DNA of 64,000 nucleotides, from NCBI GenBank assembly GCA_964016885.1, contig OZ024755.1:23002001-23066000 (forward strand), read 5' to 3'. The stretch is from Eledone cirrhosa (Eukaryota). Positions within the stretch are counted from its first letter, which is position 1. Every line of letters starts with the position of its first letter. The translations under genes and the position numbers were made by a program. The notes under the pieces are model-generated. The model saw only the letters and a program-made list of their open reading frames with translations. It did no database searches and was not told the origin of the DNA. Positions 58,686 through 64,000 of this stretch are shown in pieces.

Positions 58686-59219
58686 TTATTATAATACAGA
58701 GCGGTGGATTGGCAGTATCGGTAGAGGGTCGGACACCATGCTTTGGAGCATAGAGTTACGGCCCTTTATGAGCTGAGTTCAAATCCCACCGAGGTTAACT
58801 TTGCTTTACATCCTTATGGGGTTGATAAAATGAAGTACCAGTCACGCACTGGGGTTGATTTAATCGACTTTTCCCCTAAATCAAAAATCATTATTATGAT
58901 ACAGAAATGGCGGCGAATTGGCAGTCATTAGAACGTCGTATAGAATCCTTTACGGTATTCGTTCCAGCTCGCTGCTCTCGGAGTTCAAATCCCGCCGAGG
59001 TTAACTTTGCCTTTCATCCTTACGGGGTCGATAAAATGAAGTACCAGTAATGTACTGAGATAATTGCTGGCCTTGTGCCAAAAGTAGAAACAATTATGAT
59101 AGAGATATTATGCAACTCATATATAGAATTACAAATGAAAACAATATGTAAATATTCTCACGACAGCAAAATATTCCTATTTGATGTTAAGTTAGAAAAC
59201 AAGAGTTTGTGAGGCTCAG

Positions 59220-59256
<37 letters not shown>

Positions 59257-59551
59257 TCTTCCTGTTGTCTTCCTGTTGTCTTCCTGTTGACTCCTTGTTT
59301 GTATTGTTTTAAATCTAATTTTATGCAACAAGTTTACATTTTGTGTCAAATATAACATTTGCTTATATGGTAAATGATTGTTAAAAGGCTTAAAAGACGT
59401 ATAAAATGTTAAAAAATAGAGCAGCCATTACAAATGTTTCTCAGACTCAGAGGATATTAAAAACTTAGTCATGTGATCTGCCTCAAAGATTTGTGCAGTT
59501 CTGAAGAAATTATCTTTAAGATATAGCCCGGTGTCGCTCATGGAGATAATT

Positions 59552-59599
<48 letters not shown>

Positions 59600-59614
59600 G
59601 TATATATATATGTA

Positions 59615-59706
<92 letters not shown>

Positions 59707-59742
59707 TGTGTATATATATATATACATATATGTGTATATATG

Positions 59743-59773
<31 letters not shown>

Positions 59774-59800
59774 GTATATATATATGTATATATGTATGTA

Positions 59801-59831
<31 letters not shown>

Positions 59832-59832
59832 G

Positions 59833-60031
<199 letters not shown>

Positions 60032-60226
60032 ATATGTATATATATATATATATGTATATATGTATATATGTATATATGTATGTATATATGTATATATATA
60101 TGTATATATATATATATATGTATATATATATGTATATATATATGTATATGTATATATATATGTATATGTATATGTATATATATATGTATATATATATGTA
60201 TATATATATATATGTATATATATATG

Positions 60227-60273
<47 letters not shown>

Positions 60274-60496
60274 GTATATATATATATGTATATATGTATA
60301 TATGTATATATATATATATATGTATATATGTATATATGTATATATGTATGTATATATGTATATATATATGTAAATATATATGTATATATATATGTATATA
60401 TATATGTATATGTATATATATATGTATATGTATATGTATATGTATATATATATGTATATGTATATATATATGTATATATATATGTATATATATATG

Positions 60497-60629
<133 letters not shown>

Positions 60630-61123
60630 AAAAGATAACCCGGACGATTGGTTACTCCTTCATTGCATTTATTGGTAGGTGACGCGCGTTCCGCAACTGA
60701 TCAGTTCAAGGTTCGATCTGTATTCGACTCTGTATAGCTCTACACCTCGACACAGAAGTGAACCTAAACATCGAGTGCTCACTCGGGTGAACCTACAGTA
60801 ACTCCAAGTTACACTACCTATATATATATATGGTATGTGTATATGCATTTTTTCTTCTAACTTTAATTTTATAGCTAATTGCGTATGGTTGATGATATAT
60901 TTAATAGATTTCCACGTGCTATTGAAATGGCTGTTGATCGCGAATAGATGGCTATCGTTTATTTATCTATTATTTCTTCCCAGGTGCCTTTTAATCTTAT
61001 AGCCTGGTTTAATTGGTTTTTTGTGTGGTTGATTATGCTAATTGGGAGTGGAAATTGAGTGTATATGTTATCAAATGATTCTAAGGATATAATTTATAGT
61101 ATATATATATATATATATATATA

Positions 61124-61279
61124 AGTAGTTCCACAACAGTTAGTTCACCATATCGAGAACAAATGTTTCACCTTATGCGGATCCTCAGCTCGGTCTCCGA
61201 ACTGTTGTGGAACTACTTCTACCAAACTCGTCTCATGGACTGAGTGCTCTACTACTACAGATATAACCCTCCAGTGTAC

Positions 61280-61282
<3 letters not shown>
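61124..61282. mobile_element. Hairpin+tail element, family H6, with the hammerhead in the loop
   Basis: 18-bp arms agtagttccacaacagtt/aactgttgtggaactact, a 65-bp tail, and (TA)n flanks. Confidence 0.7.
61154..61192 (-). ncRNA. Very compact hammerhead ribozyme motif (39 nt)
   Basis: Minus strand reads CGAG-CUGAGGA-UCC(gcauaa)GGU-GAAA-C(AUUU)G-UU|CUCG. Stem I is 4 bp; U.U occupies the 10.1-11.1 position. Confidence 0.6.
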
Positions 61283-61344
<62 letters not shown>

Positions 61345-61579
61345 ATGGATACATCAATTTCACAATTGAAGGATCAATATTCATTATGTAACTGACACGT
61401 ATTTCGTTAATATGTAAATGATTACATCAAGAATCGCTAACCCGATGTATGTTTTCGGACAATTCGAATTCCAGTATACTGTATCAACAGTTTTACATAT
61501 CAACTGTATGAATAACAACAATGCTTTTATTCATACAATGAAATATATATATATATATGTGTGTGTGTGTGTATATATG

Positions 61580-61658
<79 letters not shown>

Positions 61659-64000
61659 GACGCACAGACAGATTACTAAATCCCGCCGAGGTCAACTTTA
61701 CCTTTCATCCTTACGGGGTCGATAAAATAAAGTACCAGTAATGTACTAGGTAATTGCTGGCCTTGTGCCTAAAATAGAAACAATTATTATTATTATTATC
61801 TGTTTTGATATTCAGTCAGCTCGTTATTTGCTGCTTACACCCGAAATGACTTTACATGTGTTTGAAAAATGAATAACGAGTCATTTGAAGTGATTAAATA
61901 AAATAAGCTGTTTGCTCATTCGTCTGTCTATCAGACAGATTTGCATTGTTCACAGCATGGGTTAAAATGTAATCCATTTATTCAGGGCAGCTCGACCCAA
62001 GAAAGTGTAAACAGTTTGTAACATTATATGTTAGAAACGTTAATTTGCAGTTGCCTAAATTGCATTGAATCTTTACGCTCGATAGAGGGAATTAAGGGTT
62101 GTTTTAGTTTTTATATCACTTAGGCAGGAAGGTGGTGGGTGAAGGCAGTGCTCGTGGCACATTTCAGGCTCTCCAAAATTGGTGGGAATGAGTAAGTGAG
62201 GGGCTGAAAGAGGGAGGTGTCCTCTAACTAAAGACTTGGCCCTAATGTTTTTAGCAGAATGCAAGGTGGTGGTGTTAAACTGAGTAACTGATTTAGTCTA
62301 ACTCAGATGTAGGCATCGCTGTTCCTCAACTCTAGATTAGTACTTCATTTATCGACCTCAGAAGGATGAACGGCAAAGTTGATCTCAGCGAAGTTTCAAC
62401 TCTCATGTATGGACGCAATAGGGTTTATTTTAAGGAAAGTTTAGAACTCCCATAATGTTTGGGGCAAGTATCATGACCCAATGACTATTTTAAATGAGGT
62501 TGCGAGTTCAATTCTAGGACCGGGTGATGCGTTGTGTCCTTGCTGCTCAAGGACACAACGCATTTCACTTTATTTCACGTTGCTTCTTCAGCCAGGAGTT
62601 GCGACCGGTAGATAGTACCAGCAATGGAAAGATCAATGGAAATATTGTTTCCTTGGTCCAATTTGACGAGATTCACCATACTGCGCAGGCGATTGAGGTC
62701 GGGGATCTTGTCGATCGATCAAAGCGAGCGAGCGTGGCCTAGTGGTTGGAATGCTTGGCTTACGGCCGTAATGTTGTAACTTCTATTTTTGGACCATGTG
62801 GCACATTATCGCCTTGAACAAAACATTACATTTCCCGTTGCTCCAGTCAATTCAGCAGAAAATTAGTTTCAACAGTTACTGTGCTTTAACCATCCGGTGG
62901 ATAACTGAAGCATTGCGCACCAGGAATATGCACCAAGACAAACACACATAAATACTAGGTGAAAGATTTAGGCCTGCAATTAACTGAATAATAGATAGGG
63001 TAAAAGATAAACAGATTAAACAGAAAATGTGTATGGGAAGTATTTCTCAGCTATTTAGTAGTAAATATATTTTCTTTATGTGGACATCATGGTACATATC
63101 ATAAATATTTCTTTACTCTAAATAACATATTTTATGCAAATGTTTTCGTGTTTTAAATGTAAATTTTTTCTTTCTGTTTTTGAATAAATAAAATATAAGA
63201 AATACAAAAATTGACAGTTAAGATTGAACCTCGTATTTTAATAAATATTTTTAATGTCAGCAGTGTGTTGGACAGATGATATTTAATGAGGGCATATGGT
63301 GGTGGATTAACAAAATTGGTAGAGTGTCGGACAAATGTTTCTTCAGATCTTTTTTAGTTCAGCTTTCATCCTTCTGGGGCAAGGAAATAAAATGCCAGTT
63401 GGTAAATCGGCTTTCCCGCTCCTCAACAAATTGTTGGCCTTGTGCCTAAATTAGAAATCATTATTTAGGTTGATTGGCTTTACGTCCCTTTACGATCTGA
63501 GTTCAAATCCCGCCGAGGTTGACTTTGCCTTTCATCCTTACGGGGTCGATAAAATAAAGTACCAGTAATGCACTGGGTAATTGCTGGCCTTGTGCTTAAA
63601 GTAGAAACAATTATTTCGGTTGATTGGCAGTATCGGTAGAGGGTCGGACACCATGCTTTGCTGCATAGCGTTGCGGCCCTTTACGATCTGAGTTCAAATC
63701 CCGCCGAGGTTAACTTTGCCTTTCATCCTTACGGGGTCGATAAAATAAAGCACCAGTAATGCACTGGGGATAATTGCTGGCCTTGTGCCAAAAATAGAAT
63801 CAATTATTTAATGGCTTAATTACCAAAGGTTTCTGGAAACTAGACGATCCTTACAGAAACGTCCAGCTCGTTCATCAGATGAAATAGTTATTTCATCTGA
63901 TGAACGAGGTGGACGGGGTTATAATGTCTGACAAAATAGTCAAACATTGTCCTTCGAGTATTAGGACGAAAATAAAACAAAATTTACGTGTATAGACTAG

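Overview
Repeat-saturated, AT-rich eukaryotic genomic DNA. The tRNA-derived SINEs, RTE fragments and very long (TA)n/(TACA)n tracts suggest a cephalopod (octopod) genome; that assignment is inference. The only host protein-coding gene I can support is a minus-strand mitochondrial-clan cytochrome P450. I assembled six in-frame GT-AG coding exons (27048 down to 6983, 378 codons, ending at the K-helix ExxR motif). The PERW and heme-Cys exons were not found and probably lie left of the window. The rest is SINEs, RTE and R4-type LINE remnants, a non-autonomous RTE derivative, Helitrons, piggyBac/hAT/mariner-type MITEs, minisatellites and a 64-copy 41-bp satellite. Most ORF-track entries are microsatellite artefacts. 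The most interesting signal is a set of about ten short non-coding elements from several families that I could not align to one another, nearly all embedded in (TA)n tracts. They share one architecture: a long inverted-repeat hairpin, often a minimal type-I hammerhead ribozyme with a 1-bp stem III and usually a palindromic tetraloop, and a unique tail with a GAGTRCT motif typically about 35-50 nt from the element end. The arms are homogenised within each copy, and one family shows a flip/flop loop inversion. They look like Penelope-type (retrozyme-like) minimal retroelements.
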